DNA from: Planctomycetota bacterium
GTDB lineage: Bacteria > Planctomycetota > UBA8108 > SXIK01
NCBI GenBank assembly: GCA_965223265.1
Contig: OZ244999.1
Coordinates: forward strand, 7,968,001-8,032,000
Reading direction: 5' to 3'
DNA length: 64,000 nt
Part shown: positions 10,403 to 19,670 of the stretch, piece after piece
Layout: the number at the start of each line of letters is the position of its first letter
Position numbering within the stretch: the stretch's first letter is position 1
The notes under the pieces: generated by a model
Database searches by the model: none
The model's input: only the letters and a program-made list of their open reading frames with translations
What the model was told of the DNA's origin: nothing
Program-made: the position numbers and the translations under genes

Positions 10403-12055
10403 CTATTCGTTGAGGAGCCGCTCGACGACGCGCCGGAGCGTTCGGTTGTCGAGTCCACGCGGGTCGGCGATGTAGTACCCGATGCGTCCTTGCCGATCGA
10501 TCACGACGCACGAGGCCGTCCCGACGGTTCCATGAAGCGCGCGAAAGAAGGTGTGCTTTTCTCGGTCCGGATCGTACCCAGCCGGAATGTCGAGGCCGAG
10601 CTCATCGAGCTCGTCCCGCATGTTCTGTAGCTTCTCGGCATCCGCGGCTGCATCGGGACGGCCGAGGAGGAACCCGACCATGACGAAGCGCAGGCCCTTG
10701 TCCTTGTATTCCTTGTAGAGCCGTCCGGCTTCCACGGCAAAGGGGGTGGCGGCTCTTTCGCGCGGTCGCCGAAAGAGAATGATCACGACGTTGCCGCGTT
10801 CCTCCGCCAGGCTCAGCTTTTCGTCAGTCGCCCAGTACTCGCCGAAGTCGAGATCAACCTGCGGGACTTTTCCGTGAAAGTCTTCCAAGAGCAGAATGTG
10901 ATCCAGCGTGCGAAAGTCGAGGGTGATTTTGACGACCGGATCGACCGCACCGCCGGATTGCTCCAGCTCCGCAAGGAGACTCTGCGTCTCGGCCGCGTGT
11001 TCCTCGAAGGCGGTTTTTGCACCGTCAGCATCGCCTAGCGCGTAGCGAACGTACCCGATCCAGAACTTCGCGACGTTGGCCCACTGACTGAACTGAACAC
11101 GCATGGAATCGCGCGTCGCGGTGTCGACGCGCAGTGGATATTCGACGAGGATACGCTCCATGAGCTGCTCCACTTCCTCAAGTCGCCCGGCACCGCGCAG
11201 TGCTTCGAAGAGGGAGATGTTGAACATCGCGTAATCGTCGGTATCGACATTTTCATCGATCACACCACGCAGGAGGGAGATCGCTTCTTCGTATCGCTCC
11301 AGCGCAATCAGCGATCGAGCTTGCTTGAAAAGAACGTTGTTCTTGAGACCGTGCTCAGGAAACTTCTCGAGAAAAGTCTTCGACAGCTCCAACGCGCGCA
11401 GCGAGTCACCCGCGCGCTCGGCCAATTCGAGTAGCGAGCGGACAGCGTCGGCGACGGCGGCTGGGAGGTCGCAATCGAGTCCGCGTTCAGCGTAGTGCCT
11501 GATCTGTTCAGAGTACGCCTTGATTCTCTCGGCGCGCTGCGTTGGCGTCAGTTTCTTGTTTGAGCTGGTTTCTTGGCGATAGCGATCGATGCGCCCCATG
11601 AGCATGCGACCGTAGAGGCTGGCGACCTCGCATGCGGGCTGTGAGTCCCCGCACTGCTTCAGAAACGATTCGCACAGCGACAGACAGCGAACCATGTCCG
11701 CATTGATCAAATCCGCTGGTCGCTTGAGGTCGAGGAAGACGCGCGGCACCTGCGCGCTGAGAAGTCTCATCTCCCTGAGTTCTTTGGCACAGCTTGCCGG
11801 CAGGTCGTCGTCGGCTGATGGACTCTCCGCCGGCGCATCGCCGCCCGGTGATTTCTGCGCAGCCGCCGGCTTCTCTGCGCTAGACTTCTCCGTAGCGGCG
11901 TGAGTAAGGTCTTGTGTCGCCGGTGTTGTCTCCACTTCCGGCTGCCCGTTGCCCGCATCTGAAGCGCCGCGAGTGCAGCCGAGCGCCGTGCCGAGCATCG
12001 TGGCGAAGAGCGCCACCGTCAAGAGCTGCGAAAAGACACGTCGGAAAGAGAACAT
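10403..12055 (-). CDS. Lipoprotein with TPR-like helical region and C-terminal TlpA-like thioredoxin fold lacking CxxC
   Basis: Signal/lipobox LGTALGC; TPR-like segments (FLEKFPEH..VLFKQARSLIALERYEEAI); GNVVIILF...LYKEYKDKGLRFV...VVIDRQGRI. Confidence 0.7.
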   Translation of the reverse strand: MFSFRRVFSQLLTVALFATMLGTALGCTRGASDAGNGQPEVETTPATQDLTHAATEKSSAEKPAAAQKSPGGDAPAESPSADDDLPASCAKELREMRLLSAQVPRVFLDLKRPADLINADMVRCLSLCESFLKQCGDSQPACEVASLYGRMLMGRIDRYRQETSSNKKLTPTQRAERIKAYSEQIRHYAERGLDCDLPAAVADAVRSLLELAERAGDSLRALELSKTFLEKFPEHGLKNNVLFKQARSLIALERYEEAISLLRGVIDENVDTDDYAMFNISLFEALRGAGRLEEVEQLMERILVEYPLRVDTATRDSMRVQFSQWANVAKFWIGYVRYALGDADGAKTAFEEHAAETQSLLAELEQSGGAVDPVVKITLDFRTLDHILLLEDFHGKVPQVDLDFGEYWATDEKLSLAEERGNVVIILFRRPRERAATPFAVEAGRLYKEYKDKGLRFVMVGFLLGRPDAAADAEKLQNMRDELDELGLDIPAGYDPDREKHTFFRALHGTVGTASCVVIDRQGRIGYYIADPRGLDNRTLRRVVERLLNE

Positions 12056-12266
12056 TGAAGTCAGATCCTCCGGCGGAAGCGATCGGTGAGAGGGGATTGA
12101 TCTTGAGGATGGTGGGCGACACGGTCGGCCGCCGGCAGCAGCCCCTACAAGGAGGGCCGTAGTTCTTGTACCGTATGCGGCAGCCCTTTCGTAGGAAAAG
12201 ACCCCTTTGATCACCCGAGCGGGAAGGGACCTTCGATGATACGACGTCGCGCCCGCAGGGCAAGAC

Positions 12267-12282
12267 TGGCACGGGATTCGCA
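12267..12282 (+). promoter_or_regulatory. Putative sigma-54 (-24/-12) promoter for the ArnT-like gene
   Basis: TGGCACGGGATTCGCA, GG-N10-GC spacing, about 170 nt upstream of 12451. Confidence 0.4.
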
Positions 12283-12450
12283 CCTCCGTAGAGCGCTGGT
12301 TCGCACGATGCGACCACCGAGGCGGACCGATGCGCACGCCGACACCATATCATCTGGACGCAGAAACCTACCGGCGGCGGGCGGCCTCGTGCACCCGTGG
12401 CGGGCTCGGCAGGATCGGCCGACTCTCCGCCGCATCGCTGGGGGCCTCTC

Positions 12451-14304
12451 GTGAGCGACACCACGGGAACGCCCGACGCTGCGGACGCACCGGCCGGCGA
12501 TGCCACCGGGCGCCAGCCACCGCCGGCGCGCGACGCGACATCGAGCCGCGCAGTTTCCAGGCCATTCGTTCTTCTTGCACTTCTGGCTCTTCTTCTCTCC
12601 TGGAACGCATGGGAGCGCGACTTTTGGTCACAGGGTGAAGTCCGCGCCGCCGCGGTGACGCGCGACATGGTGCGCACGGGCAGCTGGGCTGTGCCGCAGC
12701 TGGGGGGCGAGGCGTTCCTCAAGGGGCCGCCGCTTCTCTACTGGCTCGCCGGCGGGCTGGAGTCCGTGCTCGGGGCCGATCCGCGCTGGGTTTACCGCTT
12801 GCCCGTAATCCTCGCCGCAATCCTGTCGCTTTGGCTGACGTACTGGGCCGGCGTGCGGCTCTTCACGCCTCGCGTCGGTATTCTCGCCGCTCTTGTCCTG
12901 GCGTCGAACTACTTCTTTTTTCGTTCAGCGACGTGGTTTGACGACGATTTGATGTTCGCGGCGTTTTGTCAACTCGCCCTCACGGGATGGGTTCTTCACG
13001 ATGACGCTGGCGGCGCCGGCACATGGGATGTCCTCGGTTGGCTTGGCCTGGCGGCAGCTGCACTCGTCAAGAGCCTGCCGCTGGCGGCGCTGCTCGTCGT
13101 GGGAGTCTGGAGTTTGTACCTGTTTTTCGGCGGCGGTCTTGAGGCGCTCCTGCGAGGCTACGGCGCCGTATTCCGGACGCGTGGCGCACTTCTTTTCGCG
13201 GCTCTTGTCGTTCCTTGGTACGCCTTGGTCTTGACGCGTCACAGCGCTGAGTTTTGCTCTTCGCACCTAGTGGCGGAGCACTACGCAAGGCTCGTCGGTC
13301 GCGGCGGCGACGACGGTCGTCCGGTCTATTTCTATCTTCTACAAATCGCTGTTGGGTTTCTTCCGTGGTCGCTGTTCGCGCCGGCAGGAATCCTCCACGC
13401 CAAGGACCGTCTGCGTCGGTCTGGTGAGCGTTTCGCGATCATGACGGTGCTCTTTCCGTGTGTCGTTCTCTCGATCGCGAGCGCCAAGAATGGCGGATAC
13501 GTTTTGCTCGCGTGGCCGGCGTTGTCGCTCCTCGTCGCGGCGGCGGCATTCGAGACGCGGGAACGATTCTCGCTTTGGGAAGGTTTTTTGAAGTTTCTCA
13601 GCGTGCGGGCCGCGCGCTATCTCTTGTTGGGGTTTTTCCTCGCTGCACTCGGCGTCGCCGCGCTCTTCGTCGTCGACCTTCTCGTCGCTCGCGCACTCAC
13701 AGTTGACGCCGCGGCCTGGGTCGTCGGCGCCGTCAGCGCGCTGCCGGCCGACGGTCGGGAACGTTTGGCGCTTGAGCTCGGCACAACGCGAAGCCTCATC
13801 TCGGCCCTCCTACTGGTGCTGCTCGCCGGCGCGAGCACGTTCGTCTATGCACGACGGATGAGGCGGAGCGCCGCTCGTGATGCCGCGCCAGAAGCGATGT
13901 TCGAGCTCGCCGTCGTGACGCTCTTCGTTCTTTTTCTCAGCAGTTTTTTCTACTCCGGGTTCAACACGTTCAAGTCGAGCCGCGCCTTCATGGCGCGCGT
14001 CGAGTCACGCGTCGGCGATGCTCCACTAGCGATCTACGGGCCGCCGCGCAGCAGTGTCTACTACTACCTCACGCGTCCACCCCAGCGTCTTGCTCGCGTC
14101 GGTCGCGCGGCCGATGCGGACGCGCGCCTCGAAAGGCTGCGCGAATACGTGTCGCAACCGCGCGCAGCCTTCCTCATCGGCGCGACCGCGGATGTACAGG
14201 TTCTCCAGCGCGACTATCCGTCGCTGCGCGAGCGGCTCGAGGTCGTCGATCGAGGCGCGCTTGGCTGGTCGCGCGAAGTGGTGTTGGTGTCGAATCGGCG
14301 CTGA
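12451..14304 (+). CDS. ArnT/PMT-like (GT39/GT83) membrane glycosyltransferase
   Basis: E.R.A...R.M..GSW.VP.L.GE.FL..PPLLYW, many TM helices, FLPWS, K...Y.L..WPA. Confidence 0.85.
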   Translation: MSDTTGTPDAADAPAGDATGRQPPPARDATSSRAVSRPFVLLALLALLLSWNAWERDFWSQGEVRAAAVTRDMVRTGSWAVPQLGGEAFLKGPPLLYWLAGGLESVLGADPRWVYRLPVILAAILSLWLTYWAGVRLFTPRVGILAALVLASNYFFFRSATWFDDDLMFAAFCQLALTGWVLHDDAGGAGTWDVLGWLGLAAAALVKSLPLAALLVVGVWSLYLFFGGGLEALLRGYGAVFRTRGALLFAALVVPWYALVLTRHSAEFCSSHLVAEHYARLVGRGGDDGRPVYFYLLQIAVGFLPWSLFAPAGILHAKDRLRRSGERFAIMTVLFPCVVLSIASAKNGGYVLLAWPALSLLVAAAAFETRERFSLWEGFLKFLSVRAARYLLLGFFLAALGVAALFVVDLLVARALTVDAAAWVVGAVSALPADGRERLALELGTTRSLISALLLVLLAGASTFVYARRMRRSAARDAAPEAMFELAVVTLFVLFLSSFFYSGFNTFKSSRAFMARVESRVGDAPLAIYGPPRSSVYYYLTRPPQRLARVGRAADADARLERLREYVSQPRAAFLIGATADVQVLQRDYPSLRERLEVVDRGALGWSREVVLVSNRR

Positions 14305-14331
14305 GCTCCCTTGCTTGAGCGCGCGCCTTGC

Positions 14332-14584
14332 CTCGAGTTTGGCCATTTCGCGCCGGCCTGGCCGGACGAGTTTCGCGGGGGTTCCGAGGCCCTTTCGACT
14401 TTTTCGTACCCTGAGAACCCTTGTGCCCATTCAAAAACTCCTGTCCGGCCCTTCGGGGAACGCCAGGAGCGCCGATGCCTGCGTCACTCCTCCGCCACGA
14501 CCCGAGCGGGATCGCGCCCGAGTCGTTCCTTGGCCTCGACGCTCCTGGCGCTGGCAGACTCGACGCGAAATGGCCAAACTCGAG
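14332..14584. mobile_element. MITE, 253 bp, with 21-bp perfect terminal inverted repeats and 5-bp target-site duplication
   Basis: CTCGAGTTTGGCCATTTCGCG at 14332-14352 and its exact reverse complement at 14564-14584; CTTGC direct repeats at 14327-14331 and 14585-14589. Confidence 0.85.
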
Positions 14585-14655
14585 CTTGCACGCGGATCCT
14601 TATCGATCGCGCCGCGCTCGCCTGCGCCGCTCGCGTTCGCAGCCGTGCGGTGACT

Positions 14656-17600
14656 TTAGGGCGCGCGGAGATCGTGCTGCAGCATGAGCTCCGCAACGTG
14701 CTCCGGTTCAACGAAAAAGAGCGTTTCGTTGTCGACGCTGTCGAGCAGTTGTGGATCCCACACCCCGCTGCGCTCCGACACGGCGACTCTCAGGCTGTCC
14801 CAGCGGCCATCTACGGCTTGCAGCGCGCGCAGTCGGTCACTGAGCTGGCTCTGCGTCGCAAGCTCGAGGTGGAGGAGGACGATCTTGCCGCCGCTCCGCT
14901 CCTGGACGGCAGGAAGGATCACGATCGGTCGAGAGTCGGTCGCGCCGTAGCCGAGGAACAGTTTTCGGCTTTGGACGCTGCCCCATTTCGTGCCGCTGAG
15001 AGGTTGCGGTTCCTCACAGCGTGAGAGGATTTTCGCCGCGCAACCTTTCTTCTCGAGCACCCGCACCGTCGAGTCGGGCGTCGGACGACCGAGCGGGTCG
15101 AGTCCCTCGACGCTATAGAGTGTCGCGCCGGCAACGCGGTGCACCACCGGTGCGAAGGCGCTGAGAAAGTGGCGGTGCGAGACGGCGATTTCCGCCGCGT
15201 CGAGACCGAGCTCGTGGTAGGCGTCCCAGAGGACACCACCGATCTGTTCTTCGCCGCGAGAGATGCCCACGGTGACGGTCTTTGCTTGATGCTTGATGGC
15301 GTCGATCGGTCGAGCCAACTCTGCGATCGCTTCGGTGAGGTGCGCGATGACCGTTGCGGGTGCGCTTTCCTCCGTCAGCGGGAACGCGTTCAGTGGCATT
15401 CGTCCCAGGAGAAACGAAATCGCTTCTACGAGGCGCGCTGCGACACCGACGTTGAGCCCGCTGTCGATCTCCCCGGCGCGGAGAGCGCGGTCGAACTCGA
15501 GCAGCTCCTGCGTCGTGTGCGGCGGCAGGGCTCGCACCAGCTGCGACGGCGACTCTTGGCCCGGGTCGCGCTCGACCGCGCTGTCGACAAGCGCAGCGCG
15601 CACGCGCTTGAGAACGTCCGCGAAAGCGTCTAAAGCCCGCGCGGCGTGGAAGCCGAACAGATGGCCCACCATTGTCGCCAGCAGGTAGCTCAGCTCGCCG
15701 CGTTCCGCGGGCACCTTGATGCAGCCCGCGGCGTAGGGGTCGTATCGCGTCTCGCCCTCATCCGTGATCACGATCGGAATCGAACAATGTGCCTTGAAGA
15801 TCGCGACCTCTTTGACAACGTCGGAAATTGTCGCCTCGGGGATGCCGCTAGCGCAGACGAGCACCAGGGGTTCGGCGGAGAGATCGATGTGCTTTTTATC
15901 TTCAAGAAAATCGGACGCTATCGACTTGTAGCAGAGCTCGCTCAGCTTGATGCGGATCTCGTCCGCAGCGATCTTCGTGGCGCCGCTACCAACCACCGCC
16001 CAGTACCGTCGTGTGACGGCGAACTCGCGTGCTAAACGTTCGATTTGGCTGCTGAGCCCCAGCGTTCGCTGCATCGCTTCGGGCAGGTTCTGGAGGCTGC
16101 GAATCTCATCGGCGATGTCGCTGGCCGGCAGCGCGCCGAGGCGATCCGCGAGAGCCAGGGCGAGCACTTGGCCGGCGACGTTTTGGGCGTAGAACGCTTT
16201 GGTCGACGCCACCGACATTTCGATGTCGCGGCCGTCCGACGTGTAGAGGACGCCGTGGGACTTGTAGACCAGGTCGGAGTTGCGGCGATTGACGATCGCG
16301 ATCACCCAGCCGCCGCGCTCGCGCACCATATCCACCGTGCGGTTCGTATCCGTCGTCGTCCCTGACTGCGAAATGGCGACGATCAGCGAGTCGGAGAGGT
16401 CGTCGTTCATGTGATGACCGGAAAGCTCCGTGGCTTTCATCGCGCAGATTTCGAAACCTGGCTCGCTGGAGCGGAGTGCCCGGCGCAGCAGATGCGCGAC
16501 CCCTTGGCCGGCGACCGCGGCCGTGCCCTGGCCGATGACCACCACCCGGCGCACGCGGCCAGTGCGCATCGCTTCGAGTAGCTCGGCAGGCACAACGTCG
16601 TCACCCACCAGGCAGCGGGCCGTGCCTCCCTGAACTTCGAACTTGCCGCGGAGAGTTTTTCGCACCGTGTCGACGGACTCGGAAATCTCTTTGCTCAGAA
16701 AGTGCGTAAACTCGCCGCGGTTGATATCGCGTGTCGTGATTTCGGCGCGCCGAAATCGATTCTCCTCGAGCGGCGCGAACCCGGCGGAGGTTGACAGCGC
16801 CAGCGTTTCTCGTGCATTCGCCTCGGCGTGGACTTTGAAGATCTCGCCTCGTGGGGAGACCTCACCTTCCGCTTTGACGTAGTCTTGAGCCATCTCGACG
16901 ACGCCGTACATTTCCGAGGCGACGACGATGGCTGAGTCCCCGACGCCGAAGAAGAGTCCTTGACCACTGCCCTTCTGTGCGAAGAAGAACTCCCCTGGCC
17001 GATCCGCCGCCATGACTCCGATGGCCATGGAGCCTTCGAACTCGTCGAACGCGCGTTCGACGGCGACGGCGAGATCGCGGCACTCATCGTAGTGATGCTT
17101 GACGACAACGGGGATGATCTTGGCGTCTGTCGTGATGTGTTCGTCGAGTCGGGTGCCATGCTTCGAGCTGTAGGCGCGCAGGAGTTCCTGATAGTTGTCG
17201 ATGTCGCCGTTGAGCACAGCGACGATTTCGCCATCGCCGCGGACCTGTCCGTTCTCGGCGAGGGTGGCGCTGTCGACCGGATGGCAGTTTGGCTCAGAGA
17301 TCACTCCGTTCGATGCCCACCTGGTGTGAGCGAGACTTTGGATATCGACGTCAGGCTGGGCGAGGGCATGCTGAAACAGCGCATCCGTCTCGATCGCTTG
17401 TCGCAGGAAGGCGACGTTGTCTCCCATGCGGCCGATTTCGCGTGCCACCTTGAATGCAAAAAGCAGTGTGCGGTCGCTTGAGTCAGGCTGGACGACCGCC
17501 CCGTGGGTGAAGCGCGTCTGCTGCGTTCGAGCCTCGAGCATGTGGCGCCATGTGTCATCGTGAGCGGGGATGTCGCAGCGGCTGTCGAGGAAACGGCCTA

Positions 17601-18183
17601 AGGCTTCCGCCGTCGGAAAATGCACGTAGATGGAAATGCCCGCGGAGTCTCTGCCGCGCACCTCGAGTCGGTCGAGCCCGGAGAGGATCAGCTGGATTTG
17701 CCAGGCGTGGCGGAGAAGGCGCTCCTGCGTGGCGGCCGGGCCTGAGCTCACGAGACGTCGGACCTCATCAAAGTGGCCGAGGCAGTCCGACAGAATCTGC
17801 CACTCGATATCGCGACAGCCGATGACGACGCGGTTGACCAATTCCCAGTCGAGCCCGGCGGGCAGATTTCCGCCGCCTGCGAGCGACTCGAAGTCGTTCG
17901 CGGCGCGGCCGAAGCGCTCTGCGCAGTCCCTCAGTTGGTCTTGCAGTGACGGACTCTGCAAAGCCGCCAGAAACCCGTCACGCTGCACCCAGCGATAGGA
18001 GGCCACGCGCGTCGCCTCCAGCTTGGCATCGAGATCCGCGCCGTTGGTGCCAGTGGGAAGGTTCTCTTTCTCGGTCGCACGCGCAGCGCTATTCAAGAAC
18101 GTATCCGCAGCGGAGAAGAATTCCTCGTTCGCGGCGTGCTGCTCGTCGCTCTTCGACGAGACGAAACCGAAGATTCCACACAT
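14656..18183 (-). CDS. glmS: Enlarged glutamine-fructose-6-phosphate aminotransferase-like protein (GATase-2 + 2 SIS + extra domains)
   Basis: MCGIFG (Cys1), LEVRGRDSAG, HTRWA, NGDIDN, SQSGTT.DT, VASTKAF, AKTVTV; 1175 aa versus about 610 for canonical GlmS. Confidence 0.8.
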   Translation of the reverse strand: MCGIFGFVSSKSDEQHAANEEFFSAADTFLNSAARATEKENLPTGTNGADLDAKLEATRVASYRWVQRDGFLAALQSPSLQDQLRDCAERFGRAANDFESLAGGGNLPAGLDWELVNRVVIGCRDIEWQILSDCLGHFDEVRRLVSSGPAATQERLLRHAWQIQLILSGLDRLEVRGRDSAGISIYVHFPTAEALGRFLDSRCDIPAHDDTWRHMLEARTQQTRFTHGAVVQPDSSDRTLLFAFKVAREIGRMGDNVAFLRQAIETDALFQHALAQPDVDIQSLAHTRWASNGVISEPNCHPVDSATLAENGQVRGDGEIVAVLNGDIDNYQELLRAYSSKHGTRLDEHITTDAKIIPVVVKHHYDECRDLAVAVERAFDEFEGSMAIGVMAADRPGEFFFAQKGSGQGLFFGVGDSAIVVASEMYGVVEMAQDYVKAEGEVSPRGEIFKVHAEANARETLALSTSAGFAPLEENRFRRAEITTRDINRGEFTHFLSKEISESVDTVRKTLRGKFEVQGGTARCLVGDDVVPAELLEAMRTGRVRRVVVIGQGTAAVAGQGVAHLLRRALRSSEPGFEICAMKATELSGHHMNDDLSDSLIVAISQSGTTTDTNRTVDMVRERGGWVIAIVNRRNSDLVYKSHGVLYTSDGRDIEMSVASTKAFYAQNVAGQVLALALADRLGALPASDIADEIRSLQNLPEAMQRTLGLSSQIERLAREFAVTRRYWAVVGSGATKIAADEIRIKLSELCYKSIASDFLEDKKHIDLSAEPLVLVCASGIPEATISDVVKEVAIFKAHCSIPIVITDEGETRYDPYAAGCIKVPAERGELSYLLATMVGHLFGFHAARALDAFADVLKRVRAALVDSAVERDPGQESPSQLVRALPPHTTQELLEFDRALRAGEIDSGLNVGVAARLVEAISFLLGRMPLNAFPLTEESAPATVIAHLTEAIAELARPIDAIKHQAKTVTVGISRGEEQIGGVLWDAYHELGLDAAEIAVSHRHFLSAFAPVVHRVAGATLYSVEGLDPLGRPTPDSTVRVLEKKGCAAKILSRCEEPQPLSGTKWGSVQSRKLFLGYGATDSRPIVILPAVQERSGGKIVLLHLELATQSQLSDRLRALQAVDGRWDSLRVAVSERSGVWDPQLLDSVDNETLFFVEPEHVAELMLQHDLRAP

Positions 18184-18434
18184 GTGTTGCTAGACTCCCG
18201 GAGCAGACTTTATCCTCGCCTCTCTCGTCGCGGGTGGCTCAGACGCTAGGAGGCAGTTGGTTCGAAACGCGAGTTTCCGCCGATTTGGGGACGACCTGTT
18301 GGTACGTGCCGCATCCGCGTGGTACCTCAGGCCCTCTACTGGTCAATCGGCGTTCCGTCTCGTGGATATGTGGAGATCTTTTTCTCGAAAGGGTGACTCA
18401 CCGCCGGTGCACCGCTGAGGACCTTGCGTTTCCT

Positions 18435-19670
18435 TCATTTGGCGCTGGCGTCCGGACTGGCGGTGGCGTCTACGCCGCCGCGAAAGTCGATCAGTTCCGG
18501 AAAAGCGTTCGAGTCGAGGAGGGCGGTCGAATCTTTGGCACCTTTGAGAAAACGATCAAAAAACGCAATGCTGTAAGCGTTGATAACATCTTTAGCGTTC
18601 TTCGGCTTGGTGAAGTGCACTTCTCCTTTGTCGCTTTTCTCAACGCCGATCCCGTCTCCGAAGTTCGGGTTGATGGCTGCCATCTCGGTGAAGGAATAGT
18701 GTCCGCCTTCCCGCAGCGAGAGGAAGAAGCGCGGACCTGTCGCGGTGTTGTAGTACTGAGTCGACGCAGCGTTGCCGAACGGGCCGACCGTTCGATCGAG
18801 CCCGCCAACCATGACGAACACTGGAATCGTTGGCGGCGGGCCGACGGCCAGTGTCATCGCCAGGGACGCCTTCACGCGTGCGTCGTTCGGTAGCAGCTCA
18901 CAAACGGTCATGCCACCGAACGAGTGTCCGAGAACGCCGATGGCCTCGACGTCTACGGAATCATGCAGCCACTCTGCGCGCTCACGAGACCGCCGCAGGA
19001 GTTGATCGACCACAAACTTCACGTCCTGCGGTCGATCCAATCTCGAGCGCTGTCGGCCTTCCCCGTTGTACGGAAGATAGCGATCCTGAAGCACGGTTAC
19101 GCCGCAGTTGCCTGAATGATCGGGAGCCGCGACGATGTAGCCGTGGCTGGCGAGATGTTCGACTTGGAAGGTGTTCTGGTGGCGAAAACCACCGTTTCCG
19201 TGCGAGAAAACAAGAAGTGGATAACGCCCGGCTCGTCGGCGCGCGTCGCGGACCGCCGTGCAGACGAAACGTTTGTTCACTTCTTCGAGCTCGCCCTGGA
19301 ACCGCTTGACGATCTCGCGCGCTGCCTGCTCGTGACCGCGGAAGTAGTCCGTGAACTTGTTTGTCTCCGCGCCGTCGGCAACGATGGCGGGGTACCAGAT
19401 TTCTGTGACCAGCGTGCGGTGTCCACCTGTGTACGGGTCTTGGCGTCGAGTGTCGACCAGCTCGATCGTGCGCACGCCGACCGCGTAGGGTCCGGGCTTC
19501 GCCGCCTCGCCCAGCACACTGGCTGCCACAGGTGACGCAGCCGGGGGCGATTCGGCTTTCGGTTTATCCGGTGCCGCCTCCAAAACCGAGCAGACTGAGT
19601 TGGCTAGTACGAAAAGCAGTAACATCGAGGCGATCAATAGCGCCGGTGGTTGCGAGTCGTGAGGGCTCAT
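18435..19670 (-). CDS. Secreted alpha/beta hydrolase (PAF-acetylhydrolase/dienelactone hydrolase-like)
   Basis: Signal peptide, PGPYAVG, IWYPA, PLLVFSHG, LASHGYIV, GHSFGG, GGHYSF. Confidence 0.85.
   Translation of the reverse strand: MSPHDSQPPALLIASMLLLFVLANSVCSVLEAAPDKPKAESPPAASPVAASVLGEAAKPGPYAVGVRTIELVDTRRQDPYTGGHRTLVTEIWYPAIVADGAETNKFTDYFRGHEQAAREIVKRFQGELEEVNKRFVCTAVRDARRRAGRYPLLVFSHGNGGFRHQNTFQVEHLASHGYIVAAPDHSGNCGVTVLQDRYLPYNGEGRQRSRLDRPQDVKFVVDQLLRRSRERAEWLHDSVDVEAIGVLGHSFGGMTVCELLPNDARVKASLAMTLAVGPPPTIPVFVMVGGLDRTVGPFGNAASTQYYNTATGPRFFLSLREGGHYSFTEMAAINPNFGDGIGVEKSDKGEVHFTKPKNAKDVINAYSIAFFDRFLKGAKDSTALLDSNAFPELIDFRGGVDATASPDASAK

Noticed and set aside
18190-18260. Possible glmS ribozyme (minus strand AGCGTC...GACGAG) upstream of the glmS-like gene
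   Set aside because: Lacks the AGCGCC core and the downstream ATCGA...CGGCGG elements; an Rfam RF00234 scan would settle it.
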